A stretch of 64,000 nt of DNA from IMG/VR virus record IMGVR_UViG_3300032116_000065, positions 37,319 through 101,318 of that record. The stretch is one strand, 5' to 3'. Shown here in pieces: positions 38,254 through 47,976 of this stretch (positions are counted from its first letter, which is position 1; the number at the start of each line of letters is the position of its first letter). The position numbers and the translations under genes were made by a program. The notes below the pieces were generated by a model, which saw nothing but the letters and a program-made list of their open reading frames with translations, was not told where the DNA came from and ran no database searches. This stretch comes from a virus.

Positions 38254-39392
38254 ATTAGACTCTTTTGCGCTTTCAGTGCTGCTGAACGTTTACGATTTGC
38301 TTCAGTGAATTTTCTTGGAACAAACTTCATTCCACCCGAAACGAATCCTTCACCAGCAGCTTCTTCTCCATCGATTTTGTGAGAGTAACCACCACTGGCT
38401 GTTTTGGATAATGCATCAGCAACAGCATATGTTGCTTGTTGAATATGATGATGCATATCAAATGTCTTATCGAATTTATCTAGGTTATCATTTACATGAT
38501 TGATCGAGGCTTTTCTTTCTTCTGCTTTTTGGTTTTTAGCCTTTTCTGTTTTTACAGAATCTATTCTTTTCTGATGGTGCTTTTCTAGGAATTTGATATA
38601 GCCCTTTGCGTTTGGCTTTTCACCAGTATCAATGGTTGAGTTTGCATAACGCAATAGAGTTTCATCATGACCTTCATGGTGATCATGAGAATGCTTTTGC
38701 CCAAGTTTCTTGGCTGCAGCAATATGCTCAAGTGCTTTTCTTTTTGCGTCTGGAGATAGTTTTCTTTCTTCGCTAGAAACAAGATGACTCATCAGATGGA
38801 CATCTGGATGTTCTTGTAACTCACCTTCACCGATTGGAGTTGTGCTGCCATCTTCAGCAATGCGTGAGTGCAATGCAATACTCAACGGAGCCTTTGCAAG
38901 TTTCTTTCCTTCTGGAGAATTTTTATCTACAGAATAGCGAATCGTATTTGGCTTATGACCGATTTTACCATCTTCTTCGGTGCGATCTTCAAGAGAACTG
39001 AGATAACCACCTTGATACTCGCCTGGACCCTTTGGAAGCACTTTATGAACGTGCTTGAGAATATTCATTAGTGGTCCAGCGATGTATGGCTTTTCGCTGT
39101 GTTGCTTTTTAATATCTTCGGCTGAGAAATTATAGGTCGCGCCAGTACCTTTATATTTCACACCGACTTTACCTTCTGGAGTGCGAATAGTCTGGAAGGA
39201 CATGCGATCGTCGATCTTTCGAGTGATCGGAGTGCGACCACTGATAACACCTTGAATCTTGGAGAGAGTGGATCCGACTGCGCCTTTACGAGTGTTAAAA
39301 GCGGCTTCAGAAGGATGTGGGAGGTGTAGTATTCCGCGAACTGGTTTTTTCTGTTCTGATAATAAAGGAATATACTGCTTGAAGCCAAACAT
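38250..39392 (-). CDS. Nucleotidyltransferase/RNA-ligase-like protein with putative capsid-targeting N-terminus
   Basis: MFGFKQY...SE N-terminus; ligase-like motifs RKIDD, EYQGG, GEGFV and MKFV in the expected order. Confidence 0.55.
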   Translation of the reverse strand: MFGFKQYIPLLSEQKKPVRGILHLPHPSEAAFNTRKGAVGSTLSKIQGVISGRTPITRKIDDRMSFQTIRTPEGKVGVKYKGTGATYNFSAEDIKKQHSEKPYIAGPLMNILKHVHKVLPKGPGEYQGGYLSSLEDRTEEDGKIGHKPNTIRYSVDKNSPEGKKLAKAPLSIALHSRIAEDGSTTPIGEGELQEHPDVHLMSHLVSSEERKLSPDAKRKALEHIAAAKKLGQKHSHDHHEGHDETLLRYANSTIDTGEKPNAKGYIKFLEKHHQKRIDSVKTEKAKNQKAEERKASINHVNDNLDKFDKTFDMHHHIQQATYAVADALSKTASGGYSHKIDGEEAAGEGFVSGGMKFVPRKFTEANRKRSAALKAQKSLI

Positions 39393-39421
39393 ACTCTCTC
39401 CACACTGTGGGATTACAAGTA

Positions 39422-39428
39422 TATTTAG
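39422..39428 (-). promoter_or_regulatory. T4-type late promoter (CTAAATA) at the start of the head-protein/lysis block
   Basis: ACTAAATA about 30 nt upstream of the ATG at 39392; short CCAC/GUGG hairpin near the SD. Confidence 0.6.
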
Positions 39429-40309
39429 TTAATTTGATTAATTAAGATATCTTGAATGATCGTATCAATCGTTTCGTTGATCGTATGCTCTGAACGATAT
39501 CCCAACTCTTTTAACTTGGTATTATCCATAAAGAAAGAGCGAGAAGATTGAACCTTCTTATGAAACTCTTTCTGTTCAATCGTACGAATCTCTGAGCCAG
39601 AGTCCATTGCATCTCGAGCATAACGAATAATATCACGAAAGATTATTCCCTTTCCGTTTCCGATGTTGTAGATTGAGTTGAGTTCGCCCTTGTTGACGAC
39701 CAAATCGATTGCTCGAGCGCAATCCCTAACATCAATATAGTCACGATAAAAATAACCACTATCATAGAGGTCGACTCGTTTGTTTGCAGCGAGTTCGCCC
39801 AATAGATATTGGACTGCGTTCTTCTTCGCAGAAACTTTTTTATCTTTCGGACCAAGGACATTGGCTAATCTCAGAATGCGGTAATTCAAATTGAATGTCT
39901 CGCAATAAGACATAAGCAACTGCTCAGCGCATCGTTTTGTTATCGAATAAAAACCCTTTGGATCACAAGGATCTGTTTCAGGAATGCCACGTGCACCCTC
40001 TCCGAAACCCGAGTCCTGTCCATAGACAAACCAAGAACTGATGAAGTTGAAACATCCATCTTTCTTGTTCGTCTCTATATAGAATCGATAATTGTTCAGA
40101 ACTCTCATCAAAATCGTTAGATTAGTGTCAATATCCAAATTAGGATCGACGTGTACGTTATAATTGTCAACAGTACTAATAAAGTAAACAACGTCGGGAG
40201 AAAATACTCCGATATTTTCTCGATAATTTTTGATATACCCATTTTTCGTTGTATTGCAGAATTGCGATCCGACGAATCCGTTTCCTCCGAAAACATTTAG
40301 CATACCCAT
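39425..40309 (-). CDS. NAD-dependent epimerase/reductase (extended SDR; possible dideoxyhexose 4-reductase)
   Basis: GGNGFVG, FISSWFVYG, YSITK (YxxxK), RDYIDVRD. Confidence 0.85.
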   Translation of the reverse strand: MGMLNVFGGNGFVGSQFCNTTKNGYIKNYRENIGVFSPDVVYFISTVDNYNVHVDPNLDIDTNLTILMRVLNNYRFYIETNKKDGCFNFISSWFVYGQDSGFGEGARGIPETDPCDPKGFYSITKRCAEQLLMSYCETFNLNYRILRLANVLGPKDKKVSAKKNAVQYLLGELAANKRVDLYDSGYFYRDYIDVRDCARAIDLVVNKGELNSIYNIGNGKGIIFRDIIRYARDAMDSGSEIRTIEQKEFHKKVQSSRSFFMDNTKLKELGYRSEHTINETIDTIIQDILINQIN

Positions 40310-41592
40310 TTTTGCATTACACTCTCATAATAGGCAAACACTTCTTCACCGTAGTGCGGTGGGCATCCGACGAAGAACACATTGCTCAATGCCTTGTTTG
40401 CGTTTGGATACTTGGTAGCATCATCAAGATGCTTGTAGCCAGGATGCAATAGAATATTTCCAGCGAAGTAATTGCGAGTTTGAATTTTATTCTCTTCACA
40501 GAAGGCTTGTAGTTTTTCCTTCAGTTCAGGTGTATCAGTGATCAACGGAACACCGAACCATGACGGATCAGCCAAGAGAAGATTCTCAGCAACACGAACA
40601 CCAGGGATATACTTTTCAAAGAGATGCTTGATGCGCGCAAAGTTCACACGACGCTTGACGTCAATTTCATCAATCTTTTTCAACTGCTCAATACCAATCG
40701 CACCTTGAAGATCAAGTGGTTTGAGATTATATCCCATGTTCGTGAAGAGATACTTGTGATCGATTATTCCATTATATCCTTCAAGCCATTTATCAAAGCG
40801 ATTACCACATGTTCCACAAGCCAATAGGTTAGCAGCACCAACGCAACGACAATCACGACCCCACCAGCTAATGCTGCGAGCAGTGTTGATGAGTTGCTCG
40901 TCGTTTGAGCAAACCATCCCGCCTTCGCCTGTCGAAATGTGGTGAGCAGGATAGAAAGAAGTTGTCCACGCATAGTAATAATCCGTTAGAAGTTTACCAT
41001 CCCACTTTGTGCCCAATGAATCGCAGTTATCGCCAATCAAACGAATGCCGTGTCGCTCGCACATATCTTTGATGCGATCCATATGTGGCGGATTGCCGAG
41101 AACGGGTGAAACGAAAATAGCGACGGTCTTATCAGTGATCCACTTTTCAACTTGATCAAGATCAAAGTTGAGCGTTTTCATTTCAATGTCAACAAAGACT
41201 GGAGCAAGACCATTCTGAACCAACGGAGCAATCGTTGTTGGGAATCCAACGGGTGATACGATAACTTGATCACCATCCTTCCAACCCAAGTGCTTCTTAA
41301 GAGCAGCAACCATAGTCAAGTTGGCTGATGACCCAGAGTTCACCATGTGACAATGCTTCACATTAAACTTGTGACCGAATGCCCACTGAAACTTTGCAAC
41401 CTGCTCACCAGAGACGAGCCACTTGCCTGTGAGGAATGCAGTGACGCCAGCAATGACTTCTTTCTCGTCCCAATATGGACCAGAATAAAAGACTGTATCT
41501 TTGCCAGGAGTAAACTCTTTGCAATTGTAAGCATACTTCGGTGTGCCAACAGTGGCAACCAATTCTTCAATCATTTGTTTTACGTCACTCAT
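40297..41592 (-). CDS. rfbH: RfbH/E1-like NDP-4-keto-6-deoxyglucose 3-dehydratase (DegT/DnrJ fold)
   Basis: VNSGSSANL, DNCDSLG, SFYPAHHISTGEGG (His in place of the aminotransferase Lys), WGRDCRC...TCGNRF Fe-S cysteines. Confidence 0.85.
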   Translation of the reverse strand: MSDVKQMIEELVATVGTPKYAYNCKEFTPGKDTVFYSGPYWDEKEVIAGVTAFLTGKWLVSGEQVAKFQWAFGHKFNVKHCHMVNSGSSANLTMVAALKKHLGWKDGDQVIVSPVGFPTTIAPLVQNGLAPVFVDIEMKTLNFDLDQVEKWITDKTVAIFVSPVLGNPPHMDRIKDMCERHGIRLIGDNCDSLGTKWDGKLLTDYYYAWTTSFYPAHHISTGEGGMVCSNDEQLINTARSISWWGRDCRCVGAANLLACGTCGNRFDKWLEGYNGIIDHKYLFTNMGYNLKPLDLQGAIGIEQLKKIDEIDVKRRVNFARIKHLFEKYIPGVRVAENLLLADPSWFGVPLITDTPELKEKLQAFCEENKIQTRNYFAGNILLHPGYKHLDDATKYPNANKALSNVFFVGCPPHYGEEVFAYYESVMQKWVC

Positions 41593-42464
41593 TATTTCAT
41601 CCTCAAAATTTGACCAAGATATTTACCATAATCAGACTTGCTGTACTTCTCAGCAGCACGACGAACTTCGTGTTCTGTGATCCAAGCATTATTATACGCT
41701 ATTTCTTCGGGGCAAGCAATCATCATGCCTGTTCTTCTTTGTACTGAGCCAACAAAAGTTGACGCCTCAGATAGAGATTCGAATGTGCCAGTATCAATCC
41801 ATGCAATACCACGATTTAGATATTCAATTGTACAATCATGGTTTTCCATGTAAAGATTATTAATATCAGTGATCTCTAACTCTCCTCTTGCAGAAGGCTG
41901 AATCTGCCATGCATAGTCTACTACTTTATTGTCATAAAAGTAAAGCCCAGTGACTGCATAATTGCTTGGTGCAACTTTTGGTTTTTCAATAATCTTAACT
42001 GGATTGCCACTTGAGTCTTGTTCAATCACACCAAATCTCTCTGGATCAGCAACATGATATGCAAATAAGGTAGAACCCTTGTGGTTGTTTGCTGCGCGAT
42101 TGAAACGATTGATAAGTTCATTGCCATAGAAGATATTGTCGCCAAGAATAAGCGTGACATCATCTTCACCGATCCATTTCTCAGCAATACGAAAACATTC
42201 GGCGATACCCTTTGGCTCCAATTGAGTAGCATAAGAAATGCTCAATCCCCACTGAGAACCATTTCCAATTAGATTCTCAAATGGTGCACGATCAATGGGT
42301 GACGTGATGATCAGAATATCTCGAATGCCCGCCATCATCAATGTTGAGATTGGATAGTAGACCAATGGTTTGTCGTAGACAGGAAGTAACTGCTTAGATA
42401 TCGCCTTTGTGCATGGGTATAGACGTGAGCCTAGTCCACCAGATAAAATAATTCCTTTACGCAT
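41592..42464 (-). CDS. rmlA: Glucose-1-phosphate thymidylyltransferase
   Basis: GIILSGG.GSRLYP.T...SKQLLPVYDKP, LILGDNIFYG, EKP, PSARGELEITD, AWIDTGT. Confidence 0.95.
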   Translation of the reverse strand: MRKGIILSGGLGSRLYPCTKAISKQLLPVYDKPLVYYPISTLMMAGIRDILIITSPIDRAPFENLIGNGSQWGLSISYATQLEPKGIAECFRIAEKWIGEDDVTLILGDNIFYGNELINRFNRAANNHKGSTLFAYHVADPERFGVIEQDSSGNPVKIIEKPKVAPSNYAVTGLYFYDNKVVDYAWQIQPSARGELEITDINNLYMENHDCTIEYLNRGIAWIDTGTFESLSEASTFVGSVQRRTGMMIACPEEIAYNNAWITEHEVRRAAEKYSKSDYGKYLGQILRMK

Positions 42465-43407
42465 TATACCACTCCAAAGTTTTAATTAAGCCATCATTAA
42501 TATTCGTTTTCGCTTGCCAACCCAAGTCGTGTGCAATTTTAGTCGCATCCATCGAGTACCTAAAATCGTGACCTTTACGATCAGGTACAAAATTAATCCA
42601 GTTCTGATACATGTGAACTGGTTTGCCCATTAGATCGAGAATCAGTGTAACCATTTGAAGGTTGCTCATCTCAACTCCACCGCCGATATTATAACGCTCA
42701 CCAGACTTAAAGTTTGCACCGATCGTGAGCAATGCCTCGCAATGATCGTCGACAAAGATCCAGTCACGAACATTTTGACCTGTACCATAAACAGGAATTG
42801 GTGTATTGTTCTTGATATGACGAATTACTGTTGGGATAAACTTTTCTTTGTGCTGTCGCGGACCGTAGTTATTTGAGCAATTAGTCACAACTGCATCAAT
42901 CTTATGTGTATTCACATATGCGCGAACTAAATGATCGCTTGCTGCCTTTGATGCAGAATACGGATTGCGAGGATCGTATGGAGTCTTTTCGGTGAATGGT
43001 GGATCGTCATGAGAGAGTGATCCATAGACTTCATCGGTAGAGATATGTACGAGTTTGCCACCAAACTTACGAATACATTTTAGAATGTTGTGAGTGCCAT
43101 CAATATTGGTGCTGAGGAAAATGTCATCACCAGCAATAGAATTATCAACATGAGACTCAGCCGCAAAATGAAAGGTAATGTCTGGCTCATAATCGTGATA
43201 AATTTGATCCAGTAAAGGGAGATTGCGAATGTCACAACGCTTCACGATGACACGATAGTCCTCATGAAGACCAAGAATATTGTTCGAATCTGCTGCGTAC
43301 GAGTAGTTGTCAATAATAACAACTGTATCAGAAGGATGCTTTTTTAGGTGAGCATGGACAAAATTAGATCCAATAAATCCCAAACCACCAGTCACAAATG
43401 TCGTCAT
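42457..43407 (-). CDS. rmlB: dTDP-glucose 4,6-dehydratase
   Basis: TGGLGFIGSNF, HFAAESHVD, HISTDEVYG, PYSASKAASD, CSNNYGP, RDW. Confidence 0.95.
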   Translation of the reverse strand: MTTFVTGGLGFIGSNFVHAHLKKHPSDTVVIIDNYSYAADSNNILGLHEDYRVIVKRCDIRNLPLLDQIYHDYEPDITFHFAAESHVDNSIAGDDIFLSTNIDGTHNILKCIRKFGGKLVHISTDEVYGSLSHDDPPFTEKTPYDPRNPYSASKAASDHLVRAYVNTHKIDAVVTNCSNNYGPRQHKEKFIPTVIRHIKNNTPIPVYGTGQNVRDWIFVDDHCEALLTIGANFKSGERYNIGGGVEMSNLQMVTLILDLMGKPVHMYQNWINFVPDRKGHDFRYSMDATKIAHDLGWQAKTNINDGLIKTLEWYNA

Positions 43408-43417
43408 AAAGCCTCAA

Positions 43418-44563
43418 TTATAATTGAATTCCTAGTTTATCATTAACTCTATTGAATGCCGCTTTACTTCTCAAATCAAACGATTCTTGTAAAATGGTAT
43501 CTTTTGCTTCGATAATAGTCACCATTTTAAAGTTCGGCACACCCTTATTATCTATATCAACTTTAATGATGTTTAAATCTGGGAATAGTTCTCTTAGCAT
43601 TGGCTGAAGATCATAATCTATCATAGCCAAATACTTAATAAACGCATATACCAGATTTTCTGGAGTATATTCTTTCTTTCCCGACTTATATTTTTCTTTA
43701 TCATCTTGTTTTGTGGCATCGATGATAAACTTGTTCATAAATTTATTGTATGCAGTTCGATCGCTCAACTTTAAAGCAGATAAAGGTTTCTCTTTATTTT
43801 TCTCGATAATCTCAGAATCTTTTTCGAAATTTGTTTTTTTAAAGATTTCTCTGATTTCAGATATTGCTGGGAAATGATTTCCTTTTATATCTAAAATTTT
43901 ACCAAATGCTACTACTGGACCAGCAAAAGTTTTTTGTTCCGCTAGAACACTTAATACTGTAAACTCAATTGGATAATCTTTTTTTAATTGTTTTTGAGCA
44001 GAATCTTTTAACTTATTAACTCTTTGTGCAATATAAGTTGGTGATAATGTATTGGATCCACCTGTCATTGCCTTTACGCTAAACCCAAAATAATATCCGT
44101 TTTGAACAAAGAAGTCAAATATAGGATAATTTTGTGCATCTGGGAAACAAATTGAATTCAACTTTTTACCAGGTTCGCCATAAGCATGACGTATTGTTCC
44201 TTTCTGAACCTTCACGCCATTTTTAGACATGAATTTATCGAGATATCTTAATCCATAGAATGGGGCAAGAAGTTCTCCAAAATCTTTTGCAACCTCAGAA
44301 GGAGAGAATTTACTATCTTTCAATGCTGATTGAAGAGAATCTGCCTTAATTCCTTTTTCACCAGAAGCATAACCCACCAACATATTCAGATATTTCATTT
44401 TTGCTGGAGTGTTTGCAAATGATTTCTTAACTTGTTTTTCTAATAGGTCAGCATAATCCCTGATTGGAATTATCCAAAATTTAACATTTGGGTGAGAAGG
44501 TAAACATAATATTGGAACATCTTTCTTTGGATAACTTGAAAGAATATCTTTAGGCTGAAGCAT
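43418..44563 (-). CDS. AT-rich basic protein, possible PD-(D/E)xK nuclease
   Basis: KDFGE...FP...NYP.FDF......FSVK; start moved to ATG 44563. Confidence 0.45.
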   Translation of the reverse strand: MLQPKDILSSYPKKDVPILCLPSHPNVKFWIIPIRDYADLLEKQVKKSFANTPAKMKYLNMLVGYASGEKGIKADSLQSALKDSKFSPSEVAKDFGELLAPFYGLRYLDKFMSKNGVKVQKGTIRHAYGEPGKKLNSICFPDAQNYPIFDFFVQNGYYFGFSVKAMTGGSNTLSPTYIAQRVNKLKDSAQKQLKKDYPIEFTVLSVLAEQKTFAGPVVAFGKILDIKGNHFPAISEIREIFKKTNFEKDSEIIEKNKEKPLSALKLSDRTAYNKFMNKFIIDATKQDDKEKYKSGKKEYTPENLVYAFIKYLAMIDYDLQPMLRELFPDLNIIKVDIDNKGVPNFKMVTIIEAKDTILQESFDLRSKAAFNRVNDKLGIQL

Positions 44564-45167
44564 TCTTATAAACCTTTTTGAGAAACTTTTGCCAGACCTT
44601 TGGGTCTTGAGTCCGAAACGTTTTTCGATACATAAAGATGGCTTCACACTCTCTCCAGCCAATCTTATGAGCCGAACGCAATTTATTTATATCGAACTTC
44701 TCAGCCTGAGTTTCATATGCATGAGCATCTAACTCATCAGGATTTCCATAATACATAGCCTTCATTTTATTCTGTTTAGGTTTTGGTTTGTATTCTTTTT
44801 GCAAAAGAAATGGGCGCTGTTTCTGCTGATGTTTATGACGGTATTCATGGTGAATTGCACGAATAACCTTTACAGCCAAATTCTTAGCACCCTTCTCAGT
44901 TATGGATACTTTCTGAACATCCTTTGGGAAATTCAATTGAATGTATATGTGTTCTGGGATAATATCAGAAATTCGATTACAGTAATGTCCGTTCACAATT
45001 ACATTGTGATCAGGATAGTAATCGTCTTCAAATCTTCCAGAGGAAAAGCAAACAATGAAAGGTTTGAATGCTTTGTTCAATTGACGAATCATAGTTGGTA
45101 CATGTTTCTCGCCGACCCAATTTTCGGCAAGAGCATAAACCTTCTTCTCAATCTTCTGTAGTTTCAT
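44550..45167 (-). CDS. Putative zinc metallopeptidase-like protein
   Basis: HHEYRH (HExxH) plus YY..PDELDAHA downstream Glu ligand. Confidence 0.6.
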   Translation of the reverse strand: MKLQKIEKKVYALAENWVGEKHVPTMIRQLNKAFKPFIVCFSSGRFEDDYYPDHNVIVNGHYCNRISDIIPEHIYIQLNFPKDVQKVSITEKGAKNLAVKVIRAIHHEYRHKHQQKQRPFLLQKEYKPKPKQNKMKAMYYGNPDELDAHAYETQAEKFDINKLRSAHKIGWRECEAIFMYRKTFRTQDPKVWQKFLKKVYKNASA

Positions 45168-46543
45168 TACACCTTCAGATTCTTGAACTTGTCTGTACTA
45201 CGACCACGATCAAAGACTGGCTTTGATTCTGCTTCTTGCATCACAGCATCTTGGGCTTTCTGCTCAAGATCATACAACTTCATCTTGGCTCGATCAATAC
45301 CAACTGTGAATCTCTTATGAAGATTCGGATCATTATAACGATTCTTCAACTGCTTCACAAGGATCTGATTTAACTGTTGCAGTTCTTCAGTGCTTACCAG
45401 TGCAAACATAAAGTCAGCAGTGGCTGGCAAACCAAACGATTCTGAAGTATCTTCTAGCCCAGGATCCGAGTTGCTAAAGCCAGATCGAGTCGTCTGAGTT
45501 GCCGAAACAATCGGAACATTATTCTCCACTGCAAGACCACGAAGTTCTTCCGCAATCGCTTTGATATAGGTGTAGGAGTTAACATTCGCACCTGCTTTGA
45601 TTCTCGCCGACGCACAGATATTTAGATAGTCGATGAAAATAATATCTGGACGAAAGTTTTTCTTCAACGCAAGATCATTGATCAATGCGCGGAAGTGAGC
45701 AGGATTCGCCGATGCAGTTGGATACTCTTTGATGATCAACTTACCCTTTACCTTCTCCTTGAGTTTACCCATGCGCTTCTCATACATATCTTTCGGCATG
45801 TTCATGAGATCGTCAAGAGAGACATTCAGAAGATTCGCATCGATTCTCTCGGCGATCTTCTCTTCAGCCATTTCTAGAGTAATGTATAGAACGTTGTAGT
45901 TCTGAACCAAGCAACTAGCAGCCACATGGCACATAAAAAGAGACTTGCCGACGCCAGTACCTGCGAGAGCAATATTAAGGGTCTTTTGCGGCAGTCCTCC
46001 TTTAGTAATTTTGTTGAAGTATTCAAGATCGAAGGGGATTCGTTTCTCGATACGATGATAGAAATCATACCGATCAGCGTAATTATCCAAAAAGTCGTGA
46101 CCAATAGAAGGATCGAAACTAACCCCCAAAGCATCAGACAAAAGAGCAGGAATGCTTCCTTTGCCCCTCGCTTCATCTTTGCCATCAAGGATCTGAATAC
46201 TATCCATGATAGCATTATAGATTGCCTTTTCTTGGCAAAACTTTTCTGTAGTGTCAAGAAGCCATTCGAGTTTTTGTTCTGACTTGTCACTTGATACTTC
46301 CTTGAGTAGGTCAAGAGACTTATTTAACTCAACTTCAGTGAGTTTCGTAGACTCTTTGAGAGAAATTTCAAGAGCCGCAATCGGTGGAAGACTGTTATAC
46401 TTTAGGATGAACTCCTTTATTTGCTCGAATAGTTTTCTTTCGTGGCTTTCGGTCAGATACTCCTTCTTCAGAAATGGCAGAGACTTCCTCATATAAGTCT
46501 CGTTCCGAATCAGATTCGACAAGATCAAGTTTTCCGTTTTCAT
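45167..46543 (-). CDS. 41: Replicative DNA helicase (T4 gp41)
   Basis: LAGTGVGKS Walker A, LYITLEMAEE, IFIDYLNIC, SATQTTR, TSESFGLPATAD, QLKNRY. Confidence 0.95.
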   Translation of the reverse strand: MKTENLILSNLIRNETYMRKSLPFLKKEYLTESHERKLFEQIKEFILKYNSLPPIAALEISLKESTKLTEVELNKSLDLLKEVSSDKSEQKLEWLLDTTEKFCQEKAIYNAIMDSIQILDGKDEARGKGSIPALLSDALGVSFDPSIGHDFLDNYADRYDFYHRIEKRIPFDLEYFNKITKGGLPQKTLNIALAGTGVGKSLFMCHVAASCLVQNYNVLYITLEMAEEKIAERIDANLLNVSLDDLMNMPKDMYEKRMGKLKEKVKGKLIIKEYPTASANPAHFRALINDLALKKNFRPDIIFIDYLNICASARIKAGANVNSYTYIKAIAEELRGLAVENNVPIVSATQTTRSGFSNSDPGLEDTSESFGLPATADFMFALVSTEELQQLNQILVKQLKNRYNDPNLHKRFTVGIDRAKMKLYDLEQKAQDAVMQEAESKPVFDRGRSTDKFKNLKV

Positions 46544-46868
46544 TAAAATCCTTCTCTAGATTTTTTATAGCATTATAAATCATACTACGCATTACGTTTT
46601 GAGTAAAGCGAATAAAACTTCTTGACTTCACATCACAATTATTAACATTCGATATAATATCAAAATCAAAAGTCAACAATCCATTTTCACCAACTGTAAC
46701 ATTAGTGTACTCAACAATTACACCATCATACTTTCCTAATAATTTAACCGCAAATGATCCAGGTGGACCATTTAAATCTAAAAAGAACGTATAATGTTTT
46801 TCGAGTGTGATGAACTTTCGAGCATACCAAAACTCACATTTGGCAATAAGATCTTGAATTTTATTCAT
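46395..46868 (-). CDS. Hypothetical protein at the T4 gene 40 position
   Basis: Between uvsX and 41; G.Y.G...EY..V......L.F.F pattern; 3' end overlaps gene 41. Confidence 0.55.
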   Translation of the reverse strand: MNKIQDLIAKCEFWYARKFITLEKHYTFFLDLNGPPGSFAVKLLGKYDGVIVEYTNVTVGENGLLTFDFDIISNVNNCDVKSRSFIRFTQNVMRSMIYNAIKNLEKDFNENGKLDLVESDSERDLYEEVSAISEEGVSDRKPRKKTIRANKGVHPKV

Positions 46869-47919
46869 GACCATCGTCTACAACCTCATCAATCAAATTG
46901 CCAGCCACTGCTGCACTGAACTGGTAGTTACTACAGACCCACTCTTTGAATTTTTCATCAGCAAGAATAGGATCCCAGAACTCTGCGCACTCAGTATCAG
47001 CCAAACGCCACTTCTTACTATCAACTTCACCAGTTGCAGTATTCACTTTGGCATACCAACCTACATTTGGCTTCGTAACATGACCAGACTCAAGTGCCAT
47101 GTCAAGAAGACCACTGTACTTAGAAATGCCACCATCGAAACGAACAGTGACTGGAATCTTGGCTTTCTCACGAACATAACGAGATTTTTCTACATTGATA
47201 ATAAAGTTATAACCAATTAGATCAGTGCCTTCTTTTTCTTGCTGACGACCAAGGATGTAAATGTTATCAGCCGAGTAATAAGAACCTGTTCCGCCACCAA
47301 CAATATCCTTGGGATACAAACCTATTTCCTTGTAGGTGTGATTTACTACGACCATAGGAATGTCCTTTAGTGTAAGGTGTGGTGTCACCATACGGAACAG
47401 GGATTTAATTTGCTTTGCACGACTCATGTCAGCGACTGACTTGCCATCCATCGCATCCTCAACTTCTTTCTTCGAAGCCAAGTTCCCGATAGAGTCGATA
47501 ACAATCATCACGCGCTCGCCGCGCTCGATGTTACTCAACTGCTGCATAATATCAAACTTCAACTGCTCAACGTCCGTAATCGGAGTATGAACAACGCGAT
47601 CGGTATCAATACCAAACGAAGTGAAATAGTTTTGTGGAGTGCCGAACTCAGAGTCGTAGAACAGAACAACTGAGTCAGGATACTTGTCTTGATATGCCTT
47701 TGCCATCAAGAGACTGAATGCAGTCTTGAAGTGCTTACTCGGACCAGCCCACATCGTGAGACCAGGAGTGAAGCCTCCATCAAGATCACCAGAGAACGCA
47801 ACATTCACTACAGGAATGCTGGTCTGAATCATATCCTTTGCAGCAAAGAACTTAGACTTGGCAAGAATCGCAGTGTCTTTGATTGTCGTATTCTTCTTTA
47901 GTTTTTCAAGCAAACTCAT
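46861..47919 (-). CDS. uvsX: RecA-like recombinase UvsX
   Basis: AGPSKHFKT, FYDSEFG, IDSIGNLASKKEVED, DMSRAK. Confidence 0.95.
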   Translation of the reverse strand: MSLLEKLKKNTTIKDTAILAKSKFFAAKDMIQTSIPVVNVAFSGDLDGGFTPGLTMWAGPSKHFKTAFSLLMAKAYQDKYPDSVVLFYDSEFGTPQNYFTSFGIDTDRVVHTPITDVEQLKFDIMQQLSNIERGERVMIVIDSIGNLASKKEVEDAMDGKSVADMSRAKQIKSLFRMVTPHLTLKDIPMVVVNHTYKEIGLYPKDIVGGGTGSYYSADNIYILGRQQEKEGTDLIGYNFIINVEKSRYVREKAKIPVTVRFDGGISKYSGLLDMALESGHVTKPNVGWYAKVNTATGEVDSKKWRLADTECAEFWDPILADEKFKEWVCSNYQFSAAVAGNLIDEVVDDGHE

Positions 47920-47947
47920 GTGTATTTCTCCGTTTGGGGACTAATCT

Positions 47948-47976
47948 ATTATAAAACATTTTATTCAAAAAAGCAA
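47948..47976 (-). promoter_or_regulatory. Sigma70/middle-type promoter TTGCTT-N17-TATAAT upstream of uvsX
   Basis: Perfect -10; TTGCTT also resembles the core of the T4 MotA box. Confidence 0.65.
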
